The translations under genes and the position numbers were made by a program. A DNA stretch of 64,000 nt from the NCBI GenBank assembly GCA_023398335.1, contig JAEWSJ010000037.1:2521-66520 (forward strand), given 5' to 3'. Below are positions 18,958 through 28,982 of this stretch, piece by piece. Numbering within the stretch: the first letter of the stretch is position 1; every line of letters begins with the position of its first letter. The stretch is from Bacillota bacterium. Its GTDB lineage: Bacteria > Bacillota_I > Bacilli_A > RFN20 > CAG-288. The notes under the pieces are model-generated. The model was not told where the DNA came from and made no database searches. It saw nothing but the letters and a program-made list of their open reading frames with translations.

Positions 18958-20688
18958 ATGAAAAAAAGTTTAGCATCATTATCTGTCATCTCTCTTCTTT
19001 CAGTCAGCATGCTTGCATCCTGCGCTGAAGGTTATACATACAGAGACGGATATATGCTTTCATTGAACGGTGTCGACTATACAGCCGAACAATTGTTCGA
19101 TAGTTATGGCTTAGATACACAAGCTGGCGTTAAAGCTTATTATCAAGCTATTGATAATATTTCAATTGAAGCAACCATTGGCACAACTGATGAAATGAAA
19201 ACTGTTGTTAATAACAATATTGAAAAATTCAAAGAAACAGCTGAAAATAGTGCAAAGCAAAATGGTACTTCTTACGATGAAGAATTAGAAGCCGCTTTAA
19301 AGGGCGAAAATTGTGATGATCTTACTGAGTTATCAAATAAGTATTTATTACAAACAAAAACAACAAAGAGAAACACCGATTATTACAGTGATGATAATTA
19401 TGCACAAATGACATCATCATTCGTTGATAAGTTAATTCCTTATCACGTAAAGCATGTTTTAGTCAATGTTGATGCAACCGGAAATTCAGTAAGTACAATT
19501 TCTGAAGCTAACGCAAAGAAATTATACAGTGTTGTTTCTAGATTAGCAGATGACAATGACACCTTTGGTAATGTTGCTTTACAATCAAGTGATGATAGTT
19601 CATCCGCCGTTGATTATGGTGATTTACAAGTTCTATCTAAGAAAACTGAATTTGTTCCAGAATTTAAATATAACGTTTACACATATGACGCATTATTTAA
19701 TAATAACGTAATTTCTAAAGGTGATGTTGTTACAAAAGCCTTAGGTTCAAATTACACAGAATACACAAATTTCCTTGATGGAAAAGCTTATGGCATTCCA
19801 TATTCTGCATTAACCCAACTCAACAAATACTCAGATGTTACAAAAGATAAAAACAACTTAACAGTTGATAACGCAGGTGAGATTAATTATCCAAGAAATG
19901 TTATCTTCAATAATTACTTAAACAACCACGGATTAAGTTTTATCTATCTTGATAACTCAACAGTTACCGCTTCCGCTTCCGATAGTGCTTTAGCTTCTAT
20001 CGTAGGCTCTACAAAATGGGTTGCAAATTCCACTATTGCTGATAACTTAGTTAGTTACACTGAAGTTAATAATGGCAACTACAAACATCAAACTGGTGTA
20101 TCTTCAGTTTCCGATGTATATGGAAAGAAAATTCTCTGTGACGAAGAAGGAAATCCAATCTTAGTATCTAGAGCTGGAACCAGCGCATACCAAGGTGTTC
20201 ACTTCATCGTTATCAAGAAGTCTCCATTTGTTGAAACAAAATCAGATTTAGTTAAATACTATACAATTGATAAGACCATTTCTTATTCAACACGTCCAAC
20301 ATATATCAATTCAATTCAAGGAACACGTTCAGATTTGAATGATAGAGTTGAAAATGACTCTACCGGTCTTAAGAAAAAGATTGCTGCAACCGATTCAAAT
20401 ATTGATATTACAATTTTCAACGATACATTATCCAAGGCTTCTGCCGCAGGCTTAACCATCAATGATAATATCAAAAAGCAATTGAAGAGTTATACCGATT
20501 CAACTATTGCTACAACCCTTGAAGCAGAATCAAGAACATACAATGAATCTTGGACAAATTTCTTATATTTGTTAACTGTAGCTAAATCAAGTTCCGCAAC
20601 AAAAGTCATTCCACTTTCTGGAATTGATGCCTTCATGAACGGATCTGATACATTCAAAGCTTACGTTCAAGACAGAGCAGGAATATAA
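18958..20688 (+). CDS. Large lipoprotein, PrsA-like foldase (parvulin-type PPIase domain)
   Basis: Lipobox 'MLASC'. The segment 'HVKHVLVNV...FGNVALQSSDDSSSAVDYGDLQVL...FVPEF' resembles the PpiC/parvulin motif of PrsA. Confidence 0.5.
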   Translation: MKKSLASLSVISLLSVSMLASCAEGYTYRDGYMLSLNGVDYTAEQLFDSYGLDTQAGVKAYYQAIDNISIEATIGTTDEMKTVVNNNIEKFKETAENSAKQNGTSYDEELEAALKGENCDDLTELSNKYLLQTKTTKRNTDYYSDDNYAQMTSSFVDKLIPYHVKHVLVNVDATGNSVSTISEANAKKLYSVVSRLADDNDTFGNVALQSSDDSSSAVDYGDLQVLSKKTEFVPEFKYNVYTYDALFNNNVISKGDVVTKALGSNYTEYTNFLDGKAYGIPYSALTQLNKYSDVTKDKNNLTVDNAGEINYPRNVIFNNYLNNHGLSFIYLDNSTVTASASDSALASIVGSTKWVANSTIADNLVSYTEVNNGNYKHQTGVSSVSDVYGKKILCDEEGNPILVSRAGTSAYQGVHFIVIKKSPFVETKSDLVKYYTIDKTISYSTRPTYINSIQGTRSDLNDRVENDSTGLKKKIAATDSNIDITIFNDTLSKASAAGLTINDNIKKQLKSYTDSTIATTLEAESRTYNESWTNFLYLLTVAKSSSATKVIPLSGIDAFMNGSDTFKAYVQDRAGI

Positions 20689-20705
20689 GGTAAGGAGAAC
20701 AAATT

Positions 20706-22199
20706 ATGGCAAAGAAAAATAAAATTATTAAATTATTAAGTGTTGCAGCTGTTTCTCTTTTATTAGCTTCCTGTGACGACATTGTAAATTATCCTTCAAA
20801 TAAGGGTGATCAATTAGTCATTAATGGTGGTGGAATTTCTGATGTTTACTTCAATGATTACGAAGCTGTATACGATTCAATCGTTTCATCAAACGGCATT
20901 TATGCTAAACAATTAGACAATCTTTTATACAATATTGCTAAAGAAGAGTTAAAAGGTGATTTTGCTGTTACTGAAAGTGATGTCGCCGAGTTATCTTATA
21001 AGCAAATTATGGCAACAGTTCAAGCTGGATCATTCTCTACTAATAACATCTTTAGTGAATATAGATATGGTTTATCTGTTTTAAGCAATATGTATGACAT
21101 CTTCTCAAAGAACACTGGGAAACCTATTTCTGAAACAAATGGTTATAGTGGCGTTATAAAACCAGAAGATCGTATTAATGATCAAGGTAAAATTGATTAT
21201 ACGAATTTCGCTAAAAAGTATTTAAAATATGATTACAGCGATTCAATTAAGAGAAATTACACTCCATCAATCTATCGTCAATTATTAACAGCTAAATACA
21301 TCTATGAAAATACATATTCTAGTATTGGTAACACCAATGCAAGAGATGTAGTTGTCGTAAAATTAGCTGATACCACAAATTACACTGGCTCTGCTTCTGC
21401 CTTCATAAATAAATTCTATACCGATTATCTTTCAGTCGCTAATGCAACATATGATATATATGATTTAGCCAGAATGTATAAAGGCATTGATTTATCTGCT
21501 GAAGAACAAAACTGGATTACAACAAATAACTTACACACAATGCAAGGACAAATTGATGAAGATTACAATAATGTTATCTCCAACATTGATAATCCAAATA
21601 GTAAATACGAAGCCTTAGCATCTGATTTCACTAATTCATATGCTTATCCAGCGTCCCATGGTAAAGAGCTTAAAGATAACGCCCTCAAAGTTAACGATTT
21701 AACACTTGATGGTCTTTATCTTAAATCTTCCGGTTTATCAAATCTTCCTTCCGAAGTAAAGACAAGAACATTCTCAACAAATATTCCTTCAACTTTAGTT
21801 CCAAGTGATTTAAATGATACAGGAAGCACAACCTATAGCAATGATTACTTCCAATACTTAAATGGCAATTGGTATGTAAAACCTGCTAAGAGTGAAGCTT
21901 CTACTTCATCTTCAAGTATTGTTAACTATGATTCTTCTTCTTCAACATACTATATTGTTCAAGTAAAAGAATTCGTTACATCCTCTTCTATCGCTAAGAA
22001 AACATCTGATTCTGCTGAAGAGCAAGCAAGAAAAATGAGTTTGGCAAAGAAAGTCGCTTACGAAATGGCTTCTTCCACAACCTATACTCAAGATAGTACT
22101 GTTTACTTCTTATCGCATAACAACATTGTTTTCTCTGATCCATACTTCTACAAGTATATTAAAGATAATTATCCAAAAGTCTTTGATACAGAAGAATAA
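20706..22199 (+). CDS. Large lipoprotein, possible PrsA/SurA-N-like chaperone paralog
   Basis: Lipobox 'LLLASC'. The N-terminal helical region resembles the PrsA N-domain. No PPIase motif seen. Confidence 0.4.
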   Translation: MAKKNKIIKLLSVAAVSLLLASCDDIVNYPSNKGDQLVINGGGISDVYFNDYEAVYDSIVSSNGIYAKQLDNLLYNIAKEELKGDFAVTESDVAELSYKQIMATVQAGSFSTNNIFSEYRYGLSVLSNMYDIFSKNTGKPISETNGYSGVIKPEDRINDQGKIDYTNFAKKYLKYDYSDSIKRNYTPSIYRQLLTAKYIYENTYSSIGNTNARDVVVVKLADTTNYTGSASAFINKFYTDYLSVANATYDIYDLARMYKGIDLSAEEQNWITTNNLHTMQGQIDEDYNNVISNIDNPNSKYEALASDFTNSYAYPASHGKELKDNALKVNDLTLDGLYLKSSGLSNLPSEVKTRTFSTNIPSTLVPSDLNDTGSTTYSNDYFQYLNGNWYVKPAKSEASTSSSSIVNYDSSSSTYYIVQVKEFVTSSSIAKKTSDSAEEQARKMSLAKKVAYEMASSTTYTQDSTVYFLSHNNIVFSDPYFYKYIKDNYPKVFDTEE

Positions 22200-22217
22200 T
22201 ACTTATTAGATAAAATT

Positions 22218-22252
22218 AAGAGATGTTATCAAATTGATTTCATCTCTTTTTC
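22218..22252 (+). terminator. Intrinsic terminator after the lipoprotein pair
   Basis: AAGAGATG / CATCTCTT stem with a 15-nt loop, followed by a T-run. Confidence 0.5.
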
Positions 22253-22294
22253 TATGTAATATAATATAATTAATGAAAGAAGGAGGAACATAGA

Positions 22295-22717
22295 ATGTAT
22301 CTTAAAGATGATTGTATCTTTTGTAAAATTGGTAGAGGTGAAATTCCTTGCGCTAAAGTGTATGAAGATGGAGAAATTCTAGCTTTTCTTGATGTAAATC
22401 CAACTTCAAAAGGTCACACCTTAGTTATTACAAAAGAACACTTTGATAATTTCTTAATGGTACCACACGACTTAATTGATAAAGCTTTTATTGTTGCTCA
22501 AAAAGTTGCTCAAGCTCAAGTTGAACAATTGGGTGCAAAAGGAGTAAATATTTTATCTAATATTAATGAAGCCGCTGGACAATCAGTCATGCATTTCCAT
22601 ATTCATGTCATTCCACGCTACGATGAAAATGATGGATTAAAGATTGATTTCGAACCAAAACAAATTGATAAGTTTAATTTACCTGTCTTAGCAAGTCAAA
22701 TCAAAAAAGGCCTATAA
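22295..22717 (+). CDS. HIT-family (histidine triad) nucleotide hydrolase
   Basis: 'HFHIHVIPR' histidine triad. About 140 aa. Confidence 0.8.
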   Translation: MYLKDDCIFCKIGRGEIPCAKVYEDGEILAFLDVNPTSKGHTLVITKEHFDNFLMVPHDLIDKAFIVAQKVAQAQVEQLGAKGVNILSNINEAAGQSVMHFHIHVIPRYDENDGLKIDFEPKQIDKFNLPVLASQIKKGL

Positions 22718-22725
22718 TTAACTCT

Positions 22726-22756
22726 AAACGACTTAAACAACATTAAGTCGTTTTTA
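22726..22756 (+). terminator. Intrinsic terminator after the HIT gene
   Basis: An 11-bp stem AAACGACTTAA / TTAAGTCGTTT followed by a T-run. Confidence 0.6.
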
Positions 22757-22810
22757 AATGTTCATTTTTATGTCTTAATTATGCTATACTAATCTCGTGA
22801 GGTATATTAA

Positions 22811-24943
22811 ATGAAAATTAAACCTATAAAAGATTTACGAGATACAAATAAAATAAGCAAAGAAGCCCACTTAGATGATGAACCAATATTCATAACTAAA
22901 AACGGGTATCAAGATTTGGTGGTTCTTACACAAAAAAGATACGATAAAATAACAAGTAATAAGACTTTTGAGCACGAGGCATCTTCGTTTTATAAACAAG
23001 CGAGAAAAATTGACATCTCATCTCAAAGTAAAGTTGAATTAGGATATGTCAGAGTTGCAAGTTCAACTATTGAAATAAGTATTGCTAACGTTCCAGAAAA
23101 CGTCAGACGAATCAAGGAAAAAATAGACTATGCGCTTGAAAATAAAGTCAGTCTTATTCTTTTCCATGAATTATCCCTTTCTGGTTATACCTGCGGAGAT
23201 TTATTTCTAAATGATGATTTATTGAATGATACATTGGACGGAATAAAAGAATTAAAAGCATATTCATTATCAAAACCAATTATTATTGTTGTTGGTGCAG
23301 CTTTATTAAAAGATAGCAATTTATATAATTGTGCAGTCACTTTATTTGATGGAAAGATTCTAGGAATCACACCAAAAAGTTTCATTCCAAATTACAACGA
23401 ATTTTATGAAGCTAGATATTTTTCAACCTTTCCAAATTCTGTTAGCACTATTTTTATCGATGGAGAAGAAGTTCCATTTGGAACAAATATAATCTATCGC
23501 GATGAAAAATATTTACCTTTCAGTTTTTCATGTGAAATATGCGAAGATCTTTGGGTTCCAAATTCTCCTTCCATTTCTCATTGCCTCCACGGAGCAAATA
23601 TCATATTAAATCTTTCTGCTAGCAACGAAATAGTTGATAAAAATGAATACAGACGAGAATTAGTTAGAAACACTTCTTCTCGATTATTATGCGGCTACAT
23701 TTATAGTTCATGTGGCAGAGGTGAATCCTCGCAAGACTTAATATTCTCTGGACATAATCTTATTGCGGAATGTGGCAGAATATTTAAAGAAACAAAACTT
23801 TTTGATAATGAAACAATAATTGGGGAAATTGATCTCGATAAAATAATTAAAGAACGTAAACGTCAAACCACTTATAATAATATTTTCGATAGTTCATACG
23901 AAACGGTTTATTTTTCATTAGATTTAAAAGATGTAACCGAATTAAAACGACATATTACTTCGTCTCCTTTCGCTCCTACAAATGCGACAGAAAGACAAGC
24001 AAGATGTAACATTATTTTAAGAATGCAATCAGAAAGTCTTTTGCAACGAATGAAGCACATACACTGCACAAAATTAGTTGTTGGTCTTTCTGGAGGACTC
24101 GATTCCACTTTAGCATTATTAGTCTCATATGAGGCTTTAAAGCTAAATAACATCGATCCTGTAAATTTAACTGCAATTACTCTTCCTTCTTTTGGCACGA
24201 CCGATTTAACCCATAGTAACGCATATATCCTTGCCAAGAAACTTGGATGTACTTTTCTAGACATAAATATCAATGCAGCAGTAAAGCAGCATTTCAAGGA
24301 TATTCATCATGATGAGTCAATACATAATACTGCTTATGAAAATGCTCAAGCACGTGAAAGAACTCAAATACTAATGGATTACGCTAACGATCATAATGCT
24401 ATTATGGTTGGAACAGGTGACTTATCCGAATTGTGTTTAGGTTGGACTACTTATTGTGGAGACCACATGTCAATGTACGGAGTAAATGCGGGCGTGCCTA
24501 AAACATTAGTAAAATTTCTTGTTGAAGAATACGCTTATGAAAATCAGGATGTAAAAGATGTGCTTCTTTCAATTGTTAACACTCCTATTTCTCCTGAACT
24601 CATTCCACCAACTAAAGATAATAAAATACAACAAAAGACAGAAGATTTTGTTGGTCCTTATGAGTTAGTTGATTTCTTTATCTACCATTTCTTACGTCAT
24701 AATTATTCCATTAAAAAGATTGCTTTTTTAACAACGCAAGCATTTGGAAGCAAATATTCAAATGAAGAAATCAAAAAATGGTTAACATCTTTTATTAAAA
24801 GATTTTTCTCCACACAGTTTAAACGTAGTTGTTTACCAGACGGAATAAAGTTAGGTACTGTCGGAGTTTCTCCACGTGGAGATTTAAGAATGCCTTCTGA
24901 TGCTTCTTATCAAGCATTCCTTGATGAATGTAACAAACTGTAA
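22811..24943 (+). CDS. nadE: Glutamine-dependent NAD+ synthetase (nitrilase + NAD-synthase domains) with an extra N-terminal Phd/YefM-like domain
   Basis: Nitrilase catalytic Cys 'CEICEDLW'. The NAD-synthase P-loop 'VVGLSGGLDSTLALL' starts at about aa 415. Residues 1-60, 'IKPIKDLRDTNKISKEAHLDDEPIFITKNGYQDLVVLTQKRYDKI', follow the Phd/YefM antitoxin consensus. Confidence 0.85.
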   Translation: MKIKPIKDLRDTNKISKEAHLDDEPIFITKNGYQDLVVLTQKRYDKITSNKTFEHEASSFYKQARKIDISSQSKVELGYVRVASSTIEISIANVPENVRRIKEKIDYALENKVSLILFHELSLSGYTCGDLFLNDDLLNDTLDGIKELKAYSLSKPIIIVVGAALLKDSNLYNCAVTLFDGKILGITPKSFIPNYNEFYEARYFSTFPNSVSTIFIDGEEVPFGTNIIYRDEKYLPFSFSCEICEDLWVPNSPSISHCLHGANIILNLSASNEIVDKNEYRRELVRNTSSRLLCGYIYSSCGRGESSQDLIFSGHNLIAECGRIFKETKLFDNETIIGEIDLDKIIKERKRQTTYNNIFDSSYETVYFSLDLKDVTELKRHITSSPFAPTNATERQARCNIILRMQSESLLQRMKHIHCTKLVVGLSGGLDSTLALLVSYEALKLNNIDPVNLTAITLPSFGTTDLTHSNAYILAKKLGCTFLDININAAVKQHFKDIHHDESIHNTAYENAQARERTQILMDYANDHNAIMVGTGDLSELCLGWTTYCGDHMSMYGVNAGVPKTLVKFLVEEYAYENQDVKDVLLSIVNTPISPELIPPTKDNKIQQKTEDFVGPYELVDFFIYHFLRHNYSIKKIAFLTTQAFGSKYSNEEIKKWLTSFIKRFFSTQFKRSCLPDGIKLGTVGVSPRGDLRMPSDASYQAFLDECNKL

Positions 24944-25100
24944 AACTATTACTAATTTACATTATGTTATGATTATTTTTCTAAATATTAAAAAAAGTAT
25001 TGTAATTCTATAAGAAAAAAATTATATTATATATGTTGTTGAAAGACAACTTACATAGGGCTTTAATACCGAAAAGCTATATGTTTAATACCTTTCTTTA

Positions 25101-25131
25101 GCCTTCTAGATGTCCCTAGAGGGCCTTTTTA
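25101..25131 (+). terminator. Intrinsic terminator (plus-strand oriented) in the nadE/ung convergent spacer
   Basis: GCCTTCTAG-atgtcc-CTAGAGGGC hairpin followed by TTTTTATTTATT. Confidence 0.5.
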
Positions 25132-25132
25132 T

Positions 25133-25786
25133 TTATTCTAATTTCCAATTTACTGGGGATATGTGGTTTTTGATTAAATATTCATTTGTCTTGCTAAATG
25201 GACACGAGCCAAAAAAACCACGATATGAAGATAACGGAGATGGGTGAGCTGATTTAATAATACAATTTTTACTTTTATCAATATATTTTTCACATTTATA
25301 CGCCTCTGAACCCCATAATATAAAAACTACATTGCTTCTGTAGTTAGAAATACATTTTATCGTATCGTAAAATAAAGTTTTATACTCGGCAAAATTATGT
25401 GATAAAGGTTTTCCTTTTTCGACTGTTAAAATTGAATTAATTAACAATACACCTTCGCTCGACCATTTAGATAAATCACCGTTATTAGGAAAATCATAGT
25501 TTAAATCACTAACATATTCTTTAAATATATTACGTAAACTTGGTGGCAATTTAGTGCCTTTAGGAACAGAGAAAGATAATCCTTGTGCTTGTCCTTCTTC
25601 ATGATAAGGGTCTTGTCCAACAATAACAACCTTGATCTTGTCAAATGGAGTATTTAAAAACGCTTTTAGAATATTTTCGTGCTTAGGATAAATGGTATTA
25701 TTGCTGTATCTATCATTAATCGTAAACACTAGATTTCTAATATCATTTTTATGTAATTCATTAAAGAAGAAAGAAAACCAATTCAT
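25133..25786 (-). CDS. ung: Uracil-DNA glycosylase (family 1)
   Basis: 'VVIVGQDPYH', 'GVLLINSILTV' and 'HPSPLS' motifs. Confidence 0.85.
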   Translation of the reverse strand: MNWFSFFFNELHKNDIRNLVFTINDRYSNNTIYPKHENILKAFLNTPFDKIKVVIVGQDPYHEEGQAQGLSFSVPKGTKLPPSLRNIFKEYVSDLNYDFPNNGDLSKWSSEGVLLINSILTVEKGKPLSHNFAEYKTLFYDTIKCISNYRSNVVFILWGSEAYKCEKYIDKSKNCIIKSAHPSPLSSYRGFFGSCPFSKTNEYLIKNHISPVNWKLE

Positions 25787-25791
25787 TTAAG

Positions 25792-27876
25792 TTATTTCTT
25801 ATTCTTAACAAATAAAGCTGAATTAACATTTTTTACTTCAATTGGTCCTATTGGTTTATGAGCGTCAAAAGATGGCACTTCATCAATGGACTTTATTTTA
25901 TCCGCAGTAATTAATTCGGGATTCTTGTTAACTTCCTTTTTTATTGGCTTAATAGTAATTGGCTTTACAGTTGGAACTACTAAAGTAATACCTTGATGGA
26001 AAGCATCAAGTGGAGATAATTTTACCTGTGATTTATCAATATTATTTAAATTTGACAATCTGTTTTCAGTAGCAACAAGAGGTTTAATAACTTTCTTTTC
26101 TTGTTTAAGTGGTTTAATAATTTTAACCGGTTTGACAATAGGTTTATTTGGTGCAACCTTCTCTTGTTCTGAAGCAGCAACAAGAGGTGTAATCGCCTCG
26201 CTAACACTATCACTTTCATCTATCTTTTTTTCAACAAATGCTTTAGCAGTTAGTTCGTTTGTAATTATCTTACTCTTGGATATAATGTCGTTATTATATT
26301 CTCTAATCGCTTTATTTTTTGTCTCATCATCGTATGAAAGATGCTTTAATTTAAATGGTTCTAATTCATTAAGTAAAGAATAGTAATTATCTCCAAATCT
26401 GTTCTTTATCGCTGATTCATCCATTTCTTCAGACTCAATTACATCAGAGATATCTTCTTCTTCATCAACAAAAGATTTTCCTTCTTTTACTAAGTAAGCA
26501 TAACCATCTTCATCAAACGATATATTATCTTCTAAGTTTTGTTTAAGCATTGGATCAACAATCTGATCATCTTTAGTTACTAAGATATTGATATCAATTG
26601 AATTGATATCGACTTCTTGAACACCTTCATCTGGAACGATGAACGTTTCTATATTCACATCATTCTCTGATGTCTTAGATTTATCTTCAATTGATAAAAT
26701 ATCATTAATAGTAACACCTTGATTTGCTGATAAATCTTCTTCAATGTTTTCTTTGATCAGTTCTTTTCTTACTTCGGATGGTTCTACCAAGAAATCGCTA
26801 TTTGATATTTTTCCTTTTGACACCACCCCATCCGAAATATCGTCGATATATGATGCTTTTTTGTACATCATATCAGTTCTAATCTTTTTATCATCACTCA
26901 TTGACAGCGTTGCTATAGAATTAATATCGCCAGTAATTTCACTATTATCGACATAGCCAAAGAAAGACAAATTCTTCTTTGATATTGTTGCCACTTCACT
27001 TGATTCAACTGGAGTAAAGTTCGATTTTGTATTATCTTTCTTTCTTATTGATTTAACTATAACATGACACAACCATAATACTAATACTAGTATCAAAGAA
27101 GCCATTAATAAAGTAAATAATATTTCAATAATCATTCCCCAAGTCCAAACAAATTGACTTATATGAACAGCTGGAACATCAGTAATACTCCCTGACAACG
27201 CAGAAAAGAATTTATCAAATTCAGTAAAAGTCAATACAACAAATTCATTCGTTAAAAACGATTCAAATACTTGGTAAATCGAATCGTAATGATAACTCCA
27301 TAAAACACGAATAAAAATATATAAAAGAACAAAGAGCGAATAGATAATAGAAAGAATAATTCTAATCGTAGGTCTAGTTTTTTTATCGTTTAAATTTACA
27401 ACTCCATCTCTCGAAGATGATTCAATCATCTTGTTCTCTAAAGAAATAAGCGGCGTCGATTCATTTACAAAGACAACGTTATTCGCATCATAATGCGTAA
27501 ATGAAGACGGCGCATCATTCTCTTTACTTAATAGTTCAATCTCTTTAGCAATGCAAACAGCGTTATAATCTTTTCTCTTCTTTACTGAGTTAGTAATAAG
27601 AGTTGAAGTCAATAAAACAATTAATAAAATTAACGCAACGAAAATACCTACAATTGTAGTTCCGGCTAAAGATGGATTACTTGTATCTATTGAAATCCAA
27701 CTAGCAAAGAACGAGTTCCAAACTGTACTAAAGAAATTATCAACATTATCATAAATAGGAGCAATTGTTACAGCATCTAAATTAATTATTGTTTCTCTAA
27801 TTGTCGGAATTGAATACACGCAAAAGAATATAGCACTAAGGATAACAATAATTACTGAGAACACAATTCGTTTCAT
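25792..27876 (-). CDS. Large membrane protein with a long acidic disordered region and C-terminal K/P-rich repeats (unknown function)
   Basis: About 6 TM helices in the first 270 aa. Then a D/E/S-rich low-complexity region. Near the C-terminus, 'KPIVKPVKIIKPLKQEKKVIKPL' / 'KPITIKPIKK' repeats. It ends 5 nt before the ung start. Confidence 0.45.
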   Translation of the reverse strand: MKRIVFSVIIVILSAIFFCVYSIPTIRETIINLDAVTIAPIYDNVDNFFSTVWNSFFASWISIDTSNPSLAGTTIVGIFVALILLIVLLTSTLITNSVKKRKDYNAVCIAKEIELLSKENDAPSSFTHYDANNVVFVNESTPLISLENKMIESSSRDGVVNLNDKKTRPTIRIILSIIYSLFVLLYIFIRVLWSYHYDSIYQVFESFLTNEFVVLTFTEFDKFFSALSGSITDVPAVHISQFVWTWGMIIEILFTLLMASLILVLVLWLCHVIVKSIRKKDNTKSNFTPVESSEVATISKKNLSFFGYVDNSEITGDINSIATLSMSDDKKIRTDMMYKKASYIDDISDGVVSKGKISNSDFLVEPSEVRKELIKENIEEDLSANQGVTINDILSIEDKSKTSENDVNIETFIVPDEGVQEVDINSIDINILVTKDDQIVDPMLKQNLEDNISFDEDGYAYLVKEGKSFVDEEEDISDVIESEEMDESAIKNRFGDNYYSLLNELEPFKLKHLSYDDETKNKAIREYNNDIISKSKIITNELTAKAFVEKKIDESDSVSEAITPLVAASEQEKVAPNKPIVKPVKIIKPLKQEKKVIKPLVATENRLSNLNNIDKSQVKLSPLDAFHQGITLVVPTVKPITIKPIKKEVNKNPELITADKIKSIDEVPSFDAHKPIGPIEVKNVNSALFVKNKK

Positions 27877-27899
27877 TTTGTTTTCACCTTCACTTTATA

Positions 27900-28817
27900 T
27901 TACTTAAATACATCAGGTGAATTAACGAATTTTGTTTCTCCTGATGCCTCGATATTTTCTCTATCATATTCCTCTAATGATAATAACAACTTTGAATTTG
28001 TTTCTGATATATCTTCACAATTTTTCACAATGTTAAAAATTGAATAAATACTATCATCAAAAACAAGTACTTTTCTATTTAATTTAGATACAAAAGGAAT
28101 GATTGGTAAAGCATAAATATCATCATGTATTAAGCAAATATCAAATTGGAATGTTAAGACAGCCATTCTAAGTGAATCAATCGACTCAAAATATACCGAC
28201 TTATCATCATGCTCTATAACTAGATCTGGGTTAATAGCAAATAAACTATAATCAAATTTATCTTTGAATTTCTTACTTGCTTTTAATCTTGCAAATTGAA
28301 CTTTAATTAACGAGGCGTGATTAGAAATAATCATTATTTTTTTGCCTTTAAATTTTTCAGGAAGGGAGTATATTGCATCATCAACAACCGAATTAAGTAA
28401 ATAATTTATTTTTGATGAACATGAAGACATAATATATCTACTTTCCTTTGAAGGATTCATAAAAGCACAATTAAGAGAATTAAACGCTTTTATATAAGCG
28501 ATACAAATATGATTTAAAACCTTATAACTTAGTTCGCCATTTTTTATCTTTAGCGCTTCTTCAATGAGTGAATAAAATTCTTTAGAATAATCTTTTTTTA
28601 TGCCGTTTTTTACAAGCAACCCATTATATAATATACAGGTTGTTAGAGGGGAAATATACGCTGACGAAAAAGATATATCATCATACTCCATATAAAAGGT
28701 ATCATTAGAATCATCTAATGAAACTAATGGCTTATTCTTAATATTGTCAATCCTCTTGGTTACTCGATATTTAGCAATAGTAGATAACCAAGAAAAATAG
28801 TTTTTGATCTTGCCCAT
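27900..28817 (-). CDS. Hypothetical protein (305 aa), first gene of the co-oriented block ending in ung
   Basis: ORF with no recognisable motif. It lies 23 nt upstream of the 694-aa membrane protein. Confidence 0.4.
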   Translation of the reverse strand: MGKIKNYFSWLSTIAKYRVTKRIDNIKNKPLVSLDDSNDTFYMEYDDISFSSAYISPLTTCILYNGLLVKNGIKKDYSKEFYSLIEEALKIKNGELSYKVLNHICIAYIKAFNSLNCAFMNPSKESRYIMSSCSSKINYLLNSVVDDAIYSLPEKFKGKKIMIISNHASLIKVQFARLKASKKFKDKFDYSLFAINPDLVIEHDDKSVYFESIDSLRMAVLTFQFDICLIHDDIYALPIIPFVSKLNRKVLVFDDSIYSIFNIVKNCEDISETNSKLLLSLEEYDRENIEASGETKFVNSPDVFK

Positions 28818-28982
28818 TTTTACCTCTAATTAATTATATCAATAAACCAAAGATTTTTAAATGTTATTTAGTAAAAATGAAAATTACCTTTAATTACACA
28901 GTACTTTTTTATCTACTGTTAATGAGTTTTTTTCTTTATTTATACTTCTAATTAAGTTATCATTATTACGTGAGGTTAAAAA

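Noticed and set aside
25792-26200. Possible DNA-level repeat array (CRISPR-like) in the K/P-rich region
   Set aside because: The repeats are in-frame coding repeats (KPIxKP) within one ORF. They have no spacer/repeat regularity, and no cas genes are present.
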